From the NCBI GenBank assembly GCA_028534125.1, contig CM052821.1, forward strand, positions 17,360,001 to 17,424,000: a stretch of 64,000 bases of DNA, in the 5' to 3' direction. The notes under the pieces are model-generated. The model searched no databases. It was not told where the DNA came from and saw nothing but the letters and a program-made list of their open reading frames with translations. Source of the DNA: Lama glama. Lineage: Eukaryota. This document shows, one piece after another, positions 12,184 to 25,599 of the stretch. Positions within the stretch are counted from its first letter, which is position 1. Each line of letters begins with the position of its first letter. The position numbers and the translations under genes are program-made.

Positions 12184-13754
12184 CTACCAAACTTAAGGGC
12201 TGGATGCACATTCACTAAATGACCCCTTCCCATCTAGACTGTGAGTCACACGGGCCTTTTACAAATTTTGTAAATATAAAGGAGGCATACATTTACCACG
12301 TTTGTTTTCTTCTGTCATCAGCAAAGATAAGCCAATTGGAAACAGGTGAGACAGGCAATTCTCTATTTTTCCTCTAAAGCTTTTCTTTTTAAATTTTATG
12401 GCAACAGGGGGTATGTGTGTACTATTTTATATTGCACGCATGGAATGTCTAATGTTTCTTGGCTAATATGATGGCAAGTAACTCGGACTGGAGAATGGGG
12501 GTTCTTTTTTGAGAGTGAACATGGTAATGTGGAAAGCACACTGGCTTTATGCTCATAAAACATATAACTTGGATTCTCCATTTACTTTGGGCAAGTTACA
12601 TAAATTTCTCATCTCTTAAATGTGGATAACAATATCTGTTTTTCAAACTTAGGAGAATTAACTGGGAGAGTACATGTAAAGACCTTGGTATATGAATAAT
12701 ACCAGCTTCTCACGCCACTTTGGCTTGGTATGATTTCATGGACCTCTTGGGCATTTGATATCTGTTAACTGATCATATTTGGTAGAAACAAAAATCGTAC
12801 AAATGGAGATTTTTGAAAGCCTAGAATTTTTTTCAGGTGTTTTTATTTTTTTTTTTATGAGGGAAAAATAGAACCCAACAACAGAAAACAAAATCACTGC
12901 TGTTCACACATAATTGCATCAATTAGAGATGAGTTGTGAGGGAGATAAAAATGGCTCCTTAAAAGCTTAAAAAATCTGAAAAATACACACAAAACATATT
13001 AAGCATAAAACATATCGTTAAAACATTATATGGTAAGTCCTTCAAGAGGCATAACTTAGTCCCCTAAACCAGACACATCAGGTAGGCAAATGCCAATTCT
13101 TTTACGGTACTAGGATGTCATCTAGTAAATTACCACTTCTGTAGTGCTCTGATGGTCTCAGAACTAATGCTCCTTGTAAAGGTTTAAGTTAGAATGAAGG
13201 AGATGATTTGCTCATCTCATCCTTCATGCATAATTATCAGTAACTGCACAAATCTGGTTTGTATTTGTTCCGTTAAGTACCTACAATGACATTGTTTTGT
13301 ATACAGCCTAACTGTAAGATGCACCCTCTGTCTACACATAGGAAGTTTCCTACATGTTACAATTTAGGTTCAGAATTTTAATAAAATGAGAAACAATCCA
13401 AAAACAAGGCATCCCCAGCTTTTAAATAATGACCACGCACTAGTCTCCTTGCTTTACATGATACATGATGACAAAGGACAAGCTGAAATCCTCATCCAGT
13501 TTGGCAACGACTATGAAAAAAAGAACTTTTAAATTTCTTCCTATAAAATTTTATTTTAAAAAGTGAAACATGGCAAAAAGCGAGTATTCTTGGGTATTAG
13601 AAATCATCTATCTCCCAGCCAGGAAAAGAGGTCTGCTGGAAGGCTGCCCAGGGCACACTGATTTGTTCTTTTTCCTGAATCACTATTAAGGGGCAATTAC
13701 TTTTCATTGGAATTAGGTTTATTCTGTGCAAGTATTAAAAAAAAAAAAAGGCTT

Positions 13755-13827
13755 CTGTACACCAGAAACTAAGACAGCACTGTACATCAATTATACTTCA
13801 ATAATAATGATAATAATAAAACCCCCC
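13755..13827 (+). mobile_element. Ultra-short L1 3'-tail insertion
   Basis: ctgtacaccagaaactaa...atacttcaataataat; flanking repeat aaggcttctg on both sides. Confidence 0.75.
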
Positions 13828-13974
13828 AAGGCTTCTGCATCTTGGAGTTTAAAAGCATAGAAATAGCATACACACAAAATGCAGGATGGGTGGCACCCAA
13901 TTCTGGTCAGAAGGTTCTCTAGAAATCATGTCTTAAGACATCTTATTACCATGAATATTATTTTTAAAATATTC

Positions 13975-15181
13975 CCTGATCTCTTGATTCTTGACATTTT
14001 GGCAGCATTACTGGAGTCCATGTCTCTGTCCTGTTGGCTTTGCTGATACCAGATAGCCCTGGCTTCCCCTGCACCTCACTGACCGCACCTTCTCAGCCTC
14101 TGTTGGCGCTTCCCTCTCTTCCTCCTTTCCCTCTTTCAGATCTGTAAATATGAATCTCCTTTCCTTATCTACACCCCTCTCTTCTTGTCTCATCCATTTC
14201 TGAAATGCTAATGACTCCCATGCTTATATCTGCAGCCATGACCTCCCCCTGGGCTTCAGACTCAGAATATATAACTGTCTACCTGGCATCTGTGCTTGAA
14301 TATCAAAAAGGCATTTTAATCTTAACATGTCCAAAAGAGTATGATTGCTCTCCTCCCAACCCAACCCCATGGCATCCCCATTCAACCAGTTACTCAGGCC
14401 AAAAACCTCTGAGTCATCTTGGATTCTCTCTTGCCGTTACATTCTATCTTGAATCCCTAAGCAAATTCTGCTGGCTCTCCATTAGACTATTTCCTCAATG
14501 CATTTACTTCTCGCTACCTCCACTGCCACCACTCTGGTGGTGGGTGAAGCCACCATCACTTCTCTGCATTATTAAAACAGATCCTGAAACTTGTCCACCT
14601 ACTGCCCACATAAGTGCCAGAATTATCTTTTAACACCCACCGCCCCAATCACATTATTCTTTGGCTTAAAGTTATCCAGAGGCCTCCCATTAAGAGAACT
14701 ATCCAGACACCTGACCATGGTATCAGGTGTAATCTCCCCTCTACCCATCCTTCCCACCTCGCCTGTCTTGTATATTTTTCTCTCCATTCACTACACTCCA
14801 GCCACATGGGCATTCCCTTCCTCCTGCTCCTCGACGATGTAAAGGTCATTCTCACCTTAGAGCTTTTACTTTTGCTGTTCTTTCTACCTGGGACATTATT
14901 CTTCCAGGCCTTTGCACAACCAGCCTCTTCTTACTATCCTGATCTTGCTAAAATGCCATCTCTTTCTCCCTAAGCATCCTTTCCCAAGTCTTCTCTTTCC
15001 ATCAACTTATTTTCATTTTCTTACCAACAACACTTACAACTGTCTGAAATGTCTATTTATTTGCATCTCTAGTGTCTGTCTCCCCTACTGGAATACAAAC
15101 TCCACGAAAGCAAGGATCTTGCAAATATTGTCTATGTGTCTTGGCACATAGTGGTTATTCAGTAAGTATTTGCTGAATGAA
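13975..15181 (+). mobile_element. LINE-2 3' fragment (about 1.2 kb)
   Basis: gctaatgactccca...cttaacatgtccaaaa...tggcacatagtggttattcagtaagtatttgctgaatgaa (L2 3' terminus). Confidence 0.85.
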
Positions 15182-16490
15182 CATTTTTGATGCTTTCCTG
15201 ACCATCATATATATGTAATATAGTATAGCTACACCACATACTAGAGTCAAACATAACAACTGAAATCCTTTATAATAATTTAAAATAATGAAGTCATGCT
15301 CCTGGTCATAGAGTTCAAGGACTGGGAAGGGTCTTAGAAATTATAACAGGTCCTCTTATTTTACAACGTTGGGAGGCTCAGAGAGGGGCAGCAAGCCACA
15401 GACTGTTCACAAAGTGACAGAGAGGTAGTCAGGCCTGGCCAGGTCCCCACACAGCAAATGCAAATTCTTCTACAGTACACATGGGGGATGGTACATACCT
15501 CACTGACTACACAAAGAAACCCAAATCCAGCACCAAAGTGCATGTTCACTATGCACAGCAAGTAAAAACACTATTTTGACTCCATAAATTTGATTTATCT
15601 TAAGTGAATAGGCTTCATAAAAATGGCAAGCTTTTAATTAATAGTACGCTTGCATTAGAATTTAGAAGCCTGTTCAGGGACAACTGAATGACACACGTCT
15701 CTTAAAAATACAGTCAGGAAAGTTTTAACTGATGTTTATAGTTTCTCTACAAAAATTTCCATAAATATCACTTCAGAAAATTTGCATAGCTATCTCATTA
15801 TCTGGGCGACTTTTATTAAGAGACATAATGATGTACGTAATACAGCCCTCTTGAGTGCTCAGGGATCTCCTGGAAGTTGGGAAGGGCCTGGGCCAGTTTA
15901 ATATTTGAGATAATTTTTTTCAATAAAGAAATATTTAGATGAAGTTACCAAAATTATGGATATTTTAAATATTTACATTATACGTATTAACACATTAACC
16001 AACCCCTCAACGAGTGTCTTATTATTCACCAGGATTTTTTTTTTTAATTTCTATTCTTCATGCACTAACAGCTGTATGATCTACTGCCGGGACACACATT
16101 CTAAAATTTTAACAGGAACACCCACTCCTTGCAATGCTGTCCATGAATCTCTAGGACACATACATGCAAATCATGGTAAAAACCCAAGACTAAGGTTCTT
16201 TAAGAAGACCTGGGCCAAGTGAGCCTGCCAGCACCCAGGGCAGATGATGCTGTATCTGATTTTCTTTGCTTTTTACCTTCACGCCAACTGCAAACAAGTG
16301 GTGTGGGGAGAGGATGGCTGGGGGTGGGGGAGACCTTAGCCACCAAAAGGCAGTTGAAATCGAGTGTGCAAAAAGTGAAGGGGGACACAGTCTTTCTGGT
16401 CTCATAAGTTGAAAATCAACCAACCAATCAAGGAAAAATAACTGACATGCCCATCTTCACCTCTCTGAATCCACTGCTTCTCCGACTCTC

Positions 16491-16542
16491 GGGGGTCGGG
16501 GGCATGGGGGGTGTCGGGCGAGGCGGGGTGTGTGTTGGGGGG
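16491..16542 (+). other. Potential G-quadruplex
   Basis: GGGGG-tc-GGGGG-cat-GGGGGG-tgtc-GGG...GGGG...GGGGGG. Confidence 0.7.
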
Positions 16543-17369
16543 AAGGAGTAGCTGCTGGGATTAATAGTTACTGCAGCCTAATCCTGAATGAGGACAATCT
16601 GCTCTGGCCGTGGTCAAATTCTGATTTGCACATTCCAGGCATAAACTGAAATTAAAGCAAAATACCTGTTTACTAGAATGAGTCCCCAAAAGCTTTATTG
16701 GAGTTGCAGAAGTGTGTTCTGAAAGGTCTGTTGTGTCCCGAGAGGCAAGTTATAAGGGAAAGAAAACCAAGCTCATTTCCTTAGGAGTCAGGAAGCAATT
16801 TAACAAGCAAGAGGTAGAAGTGCGTGTGTGTGTCTGTGTGTCCCCATCTGTCTCTCTGGGGAAGGTGGGGAGACGTACAGCCTGAGGTCCCTTTCAACTC
16901 CAGAAAATCAGCTGTACTGTGGGGCTGGGGGATAACGCAGCTCTAATTATCCAAAGGGACCCTATCTCAGGTCTGGTTCTTTCCTCCGCATAGCCAAAGG
17001 TGGGGAAAAAAGAGACACTTGTAAGTGACTGTGTTGGTGGTCCTATTCATCTTTTTTAGCGACATTAACATCTAACAAGCTTTAGTTCCTAATTGTTTTT
17101 ACAAGACTGATGTTTAATCGAAGCTAATGATATCAAGGTACTTGAATCATCACATGAATTAATTTAGCAATATGAATGCTTCATCATATACTCTCTTTAT
17201 TTCTCTCAGTATTAATTATAATCTTTTCCCAAAGAAAGTGAAAATCCCAGAGATGACCTAGATATCCCACTTTTCTACCCACAGTGGGCAGATTCCAAGA
17301 ATCTGACAGACCACAGAAAGACTGGTTTGGGTTAGAGAACAGTTTCTAAGATTTGTCCAAATATGGGAT

Positions 17370-18280
17370 ACTTACACATACTGCACTTTAACACACCATA
17401 ACCAAAACCCAGTAGAAATATGGGCCTGCGATATTAACAGAAATCCACAGAAAAGGAAATACAAATGGCTCTTAAAAGTAAGAAAATATGTTCAGTCTTA
17501 CTCATAAGAAATGCAAATTAGAGCCGAACAAAATACCATCCTTTTCACTTCTAAGATAAGCAAAATTCTACAAGTTGGATTAAGTACATACTGGTCAGGT
17601 AAGGTTGTGGATAAACACGCAGTGCCATACATTGTCAGTGGGACAATATGAACTAGTATAACCTTTAAAGAGGGCAATTTGGTGATATTTATCAATGATA
17701 TAAATGCAATAAATCTTTGACCCAAATTTCCATTACTGTGATTTATCTTACAAATATGCTTGTACATGTATAAAATAATACATGTAAAAGGATATTCATT
17801 ACAACAATTTAATAATAGCAAAATATTGGAAACAACTCAACTGTTCATCAATAAAGACCGAAAACAATTCATGTGTTCACAAATGAAGGACTGGTTAAAT
17901 AAATTAAGATGTACTCATACAATAGAACATCATGAAGCTAAAACAAAGATTGATGAGCCACTTTTTGTGCCATTATGGAAATATCCTCAAGATTCCTTTT
18001 TCAGTGGAAAAAGCAACATACAGAAGAGTGTGCATAGAATGCTATGTTTCGTTTTAAAAAGAAAAGTTATGAATATGAATTTATATTTGCTTATATTTGC
18101 ATAAAGAACATCTGGAGGAATTCTAAGAAATGAATACTGTGATTTTCATTGTGTGTGCACAGTGGTGGGAACTGGCTGGCTGGGGTTATGGAAGACAGTG
18201 AATCTTTTCACTATGTACTCTTTTATATGTTTTGTGTTTTGAACCATCTGGTTGTACCAGAATCTATCTTGTGTGAAGCT
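17370..18280 (+). mobile_element. Old L1 (L1ME-like) 3' fragment
   Basis: gaaatacaaatggctcttaaa...ataagaaatgcaaatt...ttggaaacaac... typical of L1M 3' regions. Confidence 0.8.
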
Positions 18281-18748
18281 ACCTGCTCCAAAAAATAAAA
18301 GTAATGCATTATTGATTTGGATATCACAATTTCTGGATTTTCCAAAAACATCCTGCATATATATTACTTAAAATTCTTTTCTGGCAGATTTTTTTTTTTT
18401 TTTGCCAAGGAAGTCTAATAAATTTCAAAAGATAAACATTGAAAGACATCACATGAATGCATGGGCATAATGAAATGCTTACAGAGATCTACTAATGCCA
18501 GCAGCAAATTAAGTTTCTAGAGAATTAACATTGATTAAATGTCATACTTGTAAAATAATTAGGAACTAAAGCTTATTAGATGGAGAATGCTGAAAAAGAC
18601 AGGCACCACCATCACCTATAGGAAAAGATAAAAATGAAATATTCAGTAGCTATCGCTATCACATGTCATCTCAGTAAGACAAAGGATCTGTTTATTTTTC
18701 TTTTACAGGTTTCTAATATTGGGAAGTTAAAATACCTATTACTCTTTT

Positions 18749-18803
18749 TTTAATTGAAGTATAGTCAGTTCTAATGTGTCAATTTCTGATATATGAAAAT
18801 GAA
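18749..18803 (-). mobile_element. Ultra-short L1 3'-tail insertion
   Basis: aattgaagtatagtcagtt...tgtgtcaatttctg is the reverse complement of the L1 terminus; flanking repeat tactctttt. Confidence 0.7.
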
Positions 18804-20317
18804 TACTCTTTTACTCTTAAAAAGTATATTCAAGCAGTATCTATGAATCAAGGGCATTTAAAATACTGAGCTAAAAGCATAAAGGGCATTTCCTCCAAGT
18901 TTGTTGTTGCTGAAGTTATTTGAGGTCTGGCCTGGATAATTAAAGATAAAATAAGAACCCAAGGTATCCGTATCGAGACATAAGACAAGATAAACTAAAA
19001 TGTACACGTTAAATTCAAAGGAAACACTGTAATTAGAGAAACAGCTCGGGAGCCACAGGCCAAGCAATATTAAGAGTTGTATTTCTCTTTCAAAAGGCAG
19101 CCAAAAACTCACATAGAGTATTTTCAGATGGGCACATAATGTTCAAAATTCACAATTTTAAAGTGACACATTGAGAGGTACCAGACCATGAGGCCGAATG
19201 GGCCAGTGGACAGTAGGAAAAAGTGGTCGTCAGTAGAGACAGCCATTAGGGTGTGGTGGTTTCCTTGGTCTCCCTCAATCAACAGCATACATTAGAGGAT
19301 TTTTGCTCTCTTCCTGGTGGCATCTTTGACAAAAACAGCAGCTCACAGGATTTGTACTCAAGGCTGACTTCGAAAAGAACAGAGCAGTAAGTTTCTAGCA
19401 TTTGCCAGGTTTTGGGGAAAATTAAGAAGAACAATAAATAAACACTGAGGGCGAAATCAACAAAGATGATAAAACGGCCAAAACATTACACTTTGCATTT
19501 TCATCTGCCTTGTACAAGAAAAACAAAAGGGGAAAGAAAGAATGATTTGAGAGTAATTAGGTTGAAACAACCTTCTCAAAATGGTGACAGAAAGCAGATG
19601 ACTAATTTTATTATGCCCAGTGAGAGAGCAAACATTCAAAGAGAATTCTATGTGTACAGAGGATTGAAAAAGAATGAGATTTTTTTTTTGAAAAACAATG
19701 AGATTTAAAAAATACTGGTTAACTATTATGTGGTTTTGATTGTTGAAGACGAGTAAAAGTAATTCATTGGTGTTGAAATTACGGCCTCTTACAAACCTCT
19801 AATAGAAACAGTTCTCATTCAGAAAGCACTTTACAATTTCAGTACAATTGTACATCCATTTTTTCATTTGCTGAACTGGTATTATCATCCCTGTGATACA
19901 GATACTATATATAGAGACCAAAGCTCAGCGGCATTAAGCTACCTGATCAAGGTAGCACAGGTAGAAAGTAGTGCAGTAGAGATTCAAACCTAGTTCATGA
20001 GTCCACAAATTCTGGGCTCCACAGAGCCTCAAGAGTATGTGCAAATAATTAAAAAAAAAAAAAAAAAAGACATTCAGTTCCTCTCTGTAGCATTACCAGC
20101 CAGGGACTAAAGATATTTTGACAGTCTGCACCATGCTGTGCTAAGAGAGTTCTCAAAAATAGGTTCAGTGATAGTTACAGAGATACACAGATGCATTGTC
20201 ACCATTCGGGACCCTCAATTCCCTGAACCCAAAAGGCCAATATAATTTTGAGTCATCAGTTGAGCAAGGAATTGATTTTCCTTTGATTCAAATATTTCTT
20301 TTCTCTTTTTTTTTTTT

Positions 20318-20471
20318 CAGCACAAATGTAGTCCCCCAGTACCACAAATTACACAGTCGAGTTTCCTGCATACGGGGAAATCGCAGGGGTCAGCAATGGA
20401 ATGCAATGGATAAGCCTCGCCCTAGAAAAAGAACCTTTGTGATTATGGTATCTCCCCTGTCAGGGAAGTAT
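20318..20471 (-). pseudogene. RNU1: U1 snRNA processed pseudogene (retrocopy)
   Basis: Reverse complement ATACTTCCCTGACAGGGGAGATACCATAATCACAAAGG...AGGGCGAGGCTTATCCATTGC...GCTGACCCCTGCGATTTCCCC...AATTTGTGGTACTGGGGGACT follows U1 along nearly its whole length. Poly-A tail (T-run 20306-20317); target-site duplication AATATTTC at 20291-20298 and 20473-20480; CpG decay. Confidence 0.95.
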
Positions 20472-20481
20472 GAATATTTCA

Positions 20482-21210
20482 CTGAAAGCATTTACCATAT
20501 TTTGTTTATCCATTTGTCTGTTGATGGACATTTGGATTGTGTCCACCTTTTGGGTATTGTGAATAATGCTGCTATAAACATCGGTATACATGTTTTTGTT
20601 TGAGTCTTTGCTTTCAGTTTTTTGGGGTATATGCCTGGGAATGGAACTGCTGGATTATATGGTAACTCTGTGTCTAACTTTATGAGGAACCCTCAAACTA
20701 TTTTCCACAGTGATTACATCATTTTATATTCCTGCTAGTAGTGCATAAAAGTTCCAATTTCTCCACATCCTTGCCAATATTTAATACTTGTTATTTTTCT
20801 ATTGTTTTGTTTTTGAATAACAGTGGGTATGAAGCAGTATCTCATTATAATTTAATTTCATTTCCTTAATGACTAGTGATATTGAGTATCTTTTATCTTT
20901 TGTTTATTTATCAATCATTTGTATATCTTCTTTGGAGAAATATCTATTTAAGCCCTTTGCACATTTTTGAATTCGGTTGTTTTTATTGTTGTTGAGTTGT
21001 AGGAGCCCTTTATATATCTTGGAATATATATAAATATATATTTATTTCTTATTTCTATAAATCCCTTGTCAGATATATGAATTACAAATATTTTCTTCCA
21101 TCCTGTGTGTTGCCTTATCACTCTGTTAACAGTGCCCTACAAATTTTTTAACTTTAATGAAGTCCAATCTATCTATTTTTTCACTTTTGATGTCAGATCC
21201 AAGAAATCAT
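20482..21210 (-). mobile_element. L1MB-like fragment
   Basis: ttgatggacatttgg...gtgaataatgctgctataaac...ttctccacatccttgccaa...ttctttggagaaatatctatt: antisense L1 3' region. Confidence 0.85.
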
Positions 21211-21339
21211 GGAAGTGATTCCATTTGACTAAGCTCTGATACCATCCCGAGGTAGGATTCTTGGGTCACTCTACAAGTCACCTACAACAAATTGCTTTGT
21301 TACTGATAAATTCCAAATACATTGCAATAAGCTAAAAAG

Positions 21340-21832
21340 CAAAAGATGCATGGGTGACTTCATTGGTTTCCCATTGCCCTTAAGGTTCAAACTCTATGGC
21401 ATGAGTTTTACTTTATAACTCGATCCCTGACTACTTCTTTAACCTCATCTCACCTTCATTTTCTAATTGCAATAATCTGGAATTTCCCGTGCTCTGGAAT
21501 ATTGTACATATGCCCTCTTACCTGCCTTACTTATACTCATCCTTCAACTCTTAAACCAGTCAGCACTTCTTCCAGGAACTTTCCCATGATCTCCCTCATG
21601 TCCACCCAGCATCCATTTGGCCAGAAGGTTAATGTACAGCACCCCACATGGTGTCTATCACAGGTTTTGCTTATGAAATTATTATTTATTTAGCTGTCTC
21701 CACTCTAGATGATAAATTCCATGAGAACAGTGACCCTACCTATAATTTATTTTTATCACCATGTCCTCAGTATCTAGAATAATTCCTGGCACAGTAGATG
21801 CTCAGTAAGTATCTGATGAATAAATGAATAAA
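21340..21832 (+). mobile_element. LINE-2 3' fragment
   Basis: Ends ...cctggcacagtagatgctcagtaagtatctgatgaataaatgaat. Confidence 0.75.
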
Positions 21833-21989
21833 CCAGACTAATGGCTTTTCCCACCCAGTGTTCTATGCCTATCAGTAGTTAAAGAAGTGTTTGCATGGGA
21901 AGGCATAAAATTTAGAGATATGTCCTAAGTTTCCTTGCTTTTCTCAATAATTTCTCTTAAGTGAAGTTTACTTAGCAGACCTTTAATTA

Positions 21990-22150
21990 CAGTATTATTC
22001 TAGGCACTTGATAAATTTTTAATTCATTTAATATTCACAACAGACTGATGAGGTGGGCCCCATTATCATCTGTAATTTTCAGGGAATGAAACAAGAACAC
22101 AGAGATGTTAAGTAACTTGTCCATGGTCACATAGCTACTGACTGGGCTTG
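21990..22150 (-). mobile_element. MIR SINE
   Basis: attcatttaatattcacaac...acacagagatgttaagtaacttgtccatggtcacatagcta. Confidence 0.75.
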
Positions 22151-24963
22151 AGCCCATTTAGAGTTGGCCAGTCTGTACCATATCTTGGCTGTGATGAATT
22201 CCACCTACATGTGAAACAGTATATACTTGAACATTTCAGGCTTACAAGGATGGTCAAGTTCATAATATTTATGGTGTTCTAAACTTGGCTCACATTCCCC
22301 TCAGATTTAGGGTCTGATTTACCTCCTGGGAGTCCCAAGTTTCCTAACTGATGCTCACACACACTTCATCCCTTAACTCTTTCAACTTCCTTTCTCAGAA
22401 ACTGAGCTCACTTCCTCATTCCTTCTGGAGGCTCAGCTGATGCAAACACAGTATTTCAAGTACAGATGGGCCATATTCATTGTCAGGATTAAAAACAAAA
22501 CTAAATTTTATCAGTGTATTTAAATAACTATCTAAAATAACCCTCAGGCTCTTTTCTCAATCTTGGCTGGCAGTACCTCAGCTTATCACCCTAAGGGATG
22601 TTTGAACTATTTTCTTTAAAATTTATGATTTTTCTGTTGCCTTCAATAAAACTAATCTTCAGCCACATTACTGTTATTCTGTTTAAAGAGATACAGAAAG
22701 GTACCTCTTTAAAAACAGTTACTTCCTTCATCCCTCTCAACCTTCTTTCCCTTCCTTCCATCCTTCCTCATTCATTCAATCATTTATTTGAATATTTATT
22801 CCACATTTTCACGGTGCCAGGCACCAGGCTAGATGATGATGATGGAAATTCAACTTTTACCCTCAAGGAGTCAGTATCTTTCCCATTTAAAAAGGTTTGC
22901 CCAATATCATGGAAATTAAACCATGCTATTATTTGGAATACTAAAAAAAAAAAAAAATTGTAAGACAAAAAATGATTTCAACTGGTTCCTCTTTTTCCAT
23001 CTTCATATTCACCCTCTCAAAAGGTTAGAATACAGTTGCATGGAATTCAGTACCATTATTTTGGTTTGAATAATTAAACAGAACATCTCATTTCAGAAAG
23101 TACAAAAGCATGTAACAAAAGGATTTACAACTTTAAATCAAAGTATATAATAGGCAGCTACAGTTGTGAGTTAATCCCCTTAAAGAGAGGAAAAAAATGT
23201 AGAAGCAAAGTAACATTTTAAGGCAAGATGGATGTATTAGAAATTTACCATTGGATGGATTGCAAAATGTCTCTTACACCTGAATAATAAATATAATTTA
23301 TTGATTCTCTCTGAATGTACTAGGGAGATAAAGCATGTAAAATAATCATTTATGCTAAGGACACACAGTAAAGAATCAAAATTATTCTCTGCAGCAAGCA
23401 CTAGGCTGATAGCTAATAGCACATACGTTCATTTTCATACCCCTTGCCCTTTTAAATATATCTCTGAGGAAAGACAGTGGTTATTATTTGGTTTTCCCCA
23501 TGTGAAATTTCTCATGCAGTAAATCTTTAAAAGTTATATGAAAAGTACATTTTTCTTTCATGGATTCTCATTCATAGTTAAGAATGCTTGTGGGTGTATT
23601 TCATTTAGCATGGACAACATTTCCAATTTAACATGTCCCAGAAAATGTAACATTTGCAGCTAATTTCCAACATAACATTTAGAAATAGCTCAAAGTGAAA
23701 ACTCATTATTGGTTTTTGCCATGTTTAAAAGCCAAATGCAAATGAAAACCAAGGCAAGATTATATTTTACTTTTAGATCATGTATTTTGGTTCTCTTTTC
23801 AGAAAACAAGTTTGGTGTAGGTGGTAAGCTTGTAATGTTATTCTTTGTTTAAAACACATGGCAGAAAGGTCTCAGGAAAGAGAGGACAGATTTTCACACC
23901 TGTCATGACCCAAGAATTGTAAATCTGCCTTTGGAAGACAGGCCTTCAAATGGCCAGTTGGGCGGTCATGTTCTCAAAGTCACATATATTATAATAGCTT
24001 CATTTTTTTGTTAATTAATACAGCTCAAATGTTGTCTTTTATATTTCCACAAACTTTTCATCATCGAGGGCTCACATTATGTTTTGCCCAAACTGAACTG
24101 ACTCCCTGGTCTTGCTCATGCATCAGACTTGCAAATGAACAGATGTTCACGTATGTACTTTCCCATATGAACTGGTGACCAGCAGGTCTTATCCTCTTTT
24201 GAGTATTTATAATATTATAAACTACGACACTAATTTTCAATGGGTCTCAATAAAGTAATGAAATATTCATAAATTAAGATTGAAAAATGGTCATTTGTAC
24301 TATTACTTAAGGAAAACCATAGTTGGTCTTAGTGATTTTTTTATATGATTACTCTCTGACAATATGCATAAAATGAAGAAATTCAAAATGACGGAATTCA
24401 CCTTAAAGTTTGAGCCCATGTAAGTAGTTTTTTAAAGTATTAGAGTTGAATGGAAAATGTGACTGAGGTGGAAAATTTTTGCAAACATAAATTTTAAATG
24501 GAGCTTCCAGAAAGGAATAATTTTATGATAACCTATCAAATTTGAGGGGTTGTTTAGATAAGAATTTAGGGATTATTGAGATAAGAATTTTGCCAAAAAC
24601 ATAAATAGCATAAAGAGTATACAGAGGCATTTGCAAGCAGCTTCCACACAGGATTTAACAAATATCTTTCATGCCTACTAAGAATTCCAGATACTGAGAG
24701 TTCCTGAATGGGAGGGAGGAGGCACCTTCAGGTAGGAAATGCCTCTCTGTGGAAGTGACAGGGGCTGAGACCCAAATAAAGACAGGGAGCAGCCCCATCT
24801 CTGGGGAGGGTGGTTCCAGGCAGCGCCCAAAGGAAGCACATCAGTCTCAAATGCACTTTGAAAGTATATTTATTTTTAAATCAAATGCTAAAAGAGTCAA
24901 ATAAAAATTAAATTACAAATTAATGTATCTATAAGTAAGGTGCATATATATTGTGTTCTGACA

Positions 24964-25020
24964 ATATACATGTATATATATATATATGTATACATATGTA
25001 TGTGTGTGTATATATACATA
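24964..25020. repeat. (TA)n/(TG)n compound microsatellite
   Basis: Mixed TA/TG/CA run directly abutting the proposed end of the degenerate exon. Confidence 0.85.
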
Positions 25021-25022
25021 CT

Positions 25023-25599
25023 GATAACTGAATAGATACACATAGATAAATAGTATTTCTATAGAGAAAATGATACATTTCTTAAGTGTTTTGAACTATA
25101 AGCCAGCGGAAGCTAGGAGTAGCTGGATAGCCCGTATCTTGAAAACATTGGCTCACGGTTTGTCCTAATACTTTGCCTTGTCTTTAAGTTCTCTTGGCCT
25201 CTCTGCCAGTGACTCATATTCTGTCCTCCTCTCCTGTGAGCTGGGGTAGGTGAGAAGGGCTGACTGTCTCAATGAAAAACAGGTACAGTCAGCAGTACAA
25301 CTCCATGTCCCACCTTTCTGAACTGAGCACAGAAGCCTGATGAGAGAGAGACCTGCTACCTTCTGCAGAGGTGACTCTGCAGGTGACAGAAAGACAATAA
25401 GCAGGGACACCCAGGGACTTGGCATGGATGCTACTTTGCCAGGATTCATACTCTTCTGTTCTCTGACCCTCTCTGCCTGGTGTGAGTAATTCATCTGCAT
25501 GGACATTAGGTGCCAAATGTCATTGCACACTATGCCTTCCCAGGTTCTGACCACAGGTCAGGCTCTTGCCCAATCTGCCACTGGCCGTTGAGCTATTAT
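25023..25599 (-). pseudogene. Degenerate remnant of the large second exon of the LAS2-like gene
   Basis: One frame reads RHSVQ*HLAPNVHADELLTPGREG (from 25537), aligning without gaps to LAS2 [24 protein letters not shown]; NDI appears in the +1 frame directly after RHSV. The same frame later gives YP(ATPSF)RWLIVQNT (25129-25085), then NVS after a 1-nt shift, versus LAS2 YPRWLTSQKSDLNVS. Multiple stops; boundaries are tentative. Confidence 0.5.

Noticed and set aside
14205-15151. Cluster of 68-142 aa ORFs
   Set aside because: All lie inside a degraded L2 element.
19113-19323. Alternative LAS2 exon-2 candidate: MAVSTDDHFFLLSTGPF resembles [17 protein letters not shown], 26 codons after a phase-compatible AG
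   Set aside because: It has an in-frame TAA, almost no similarity outside the motif and no downstream YPRWL motif. The 25.0-25.6 kb block explains the same part of the protein with two motifs. Not fully excluded; a frameshift-aware alignment would decide.
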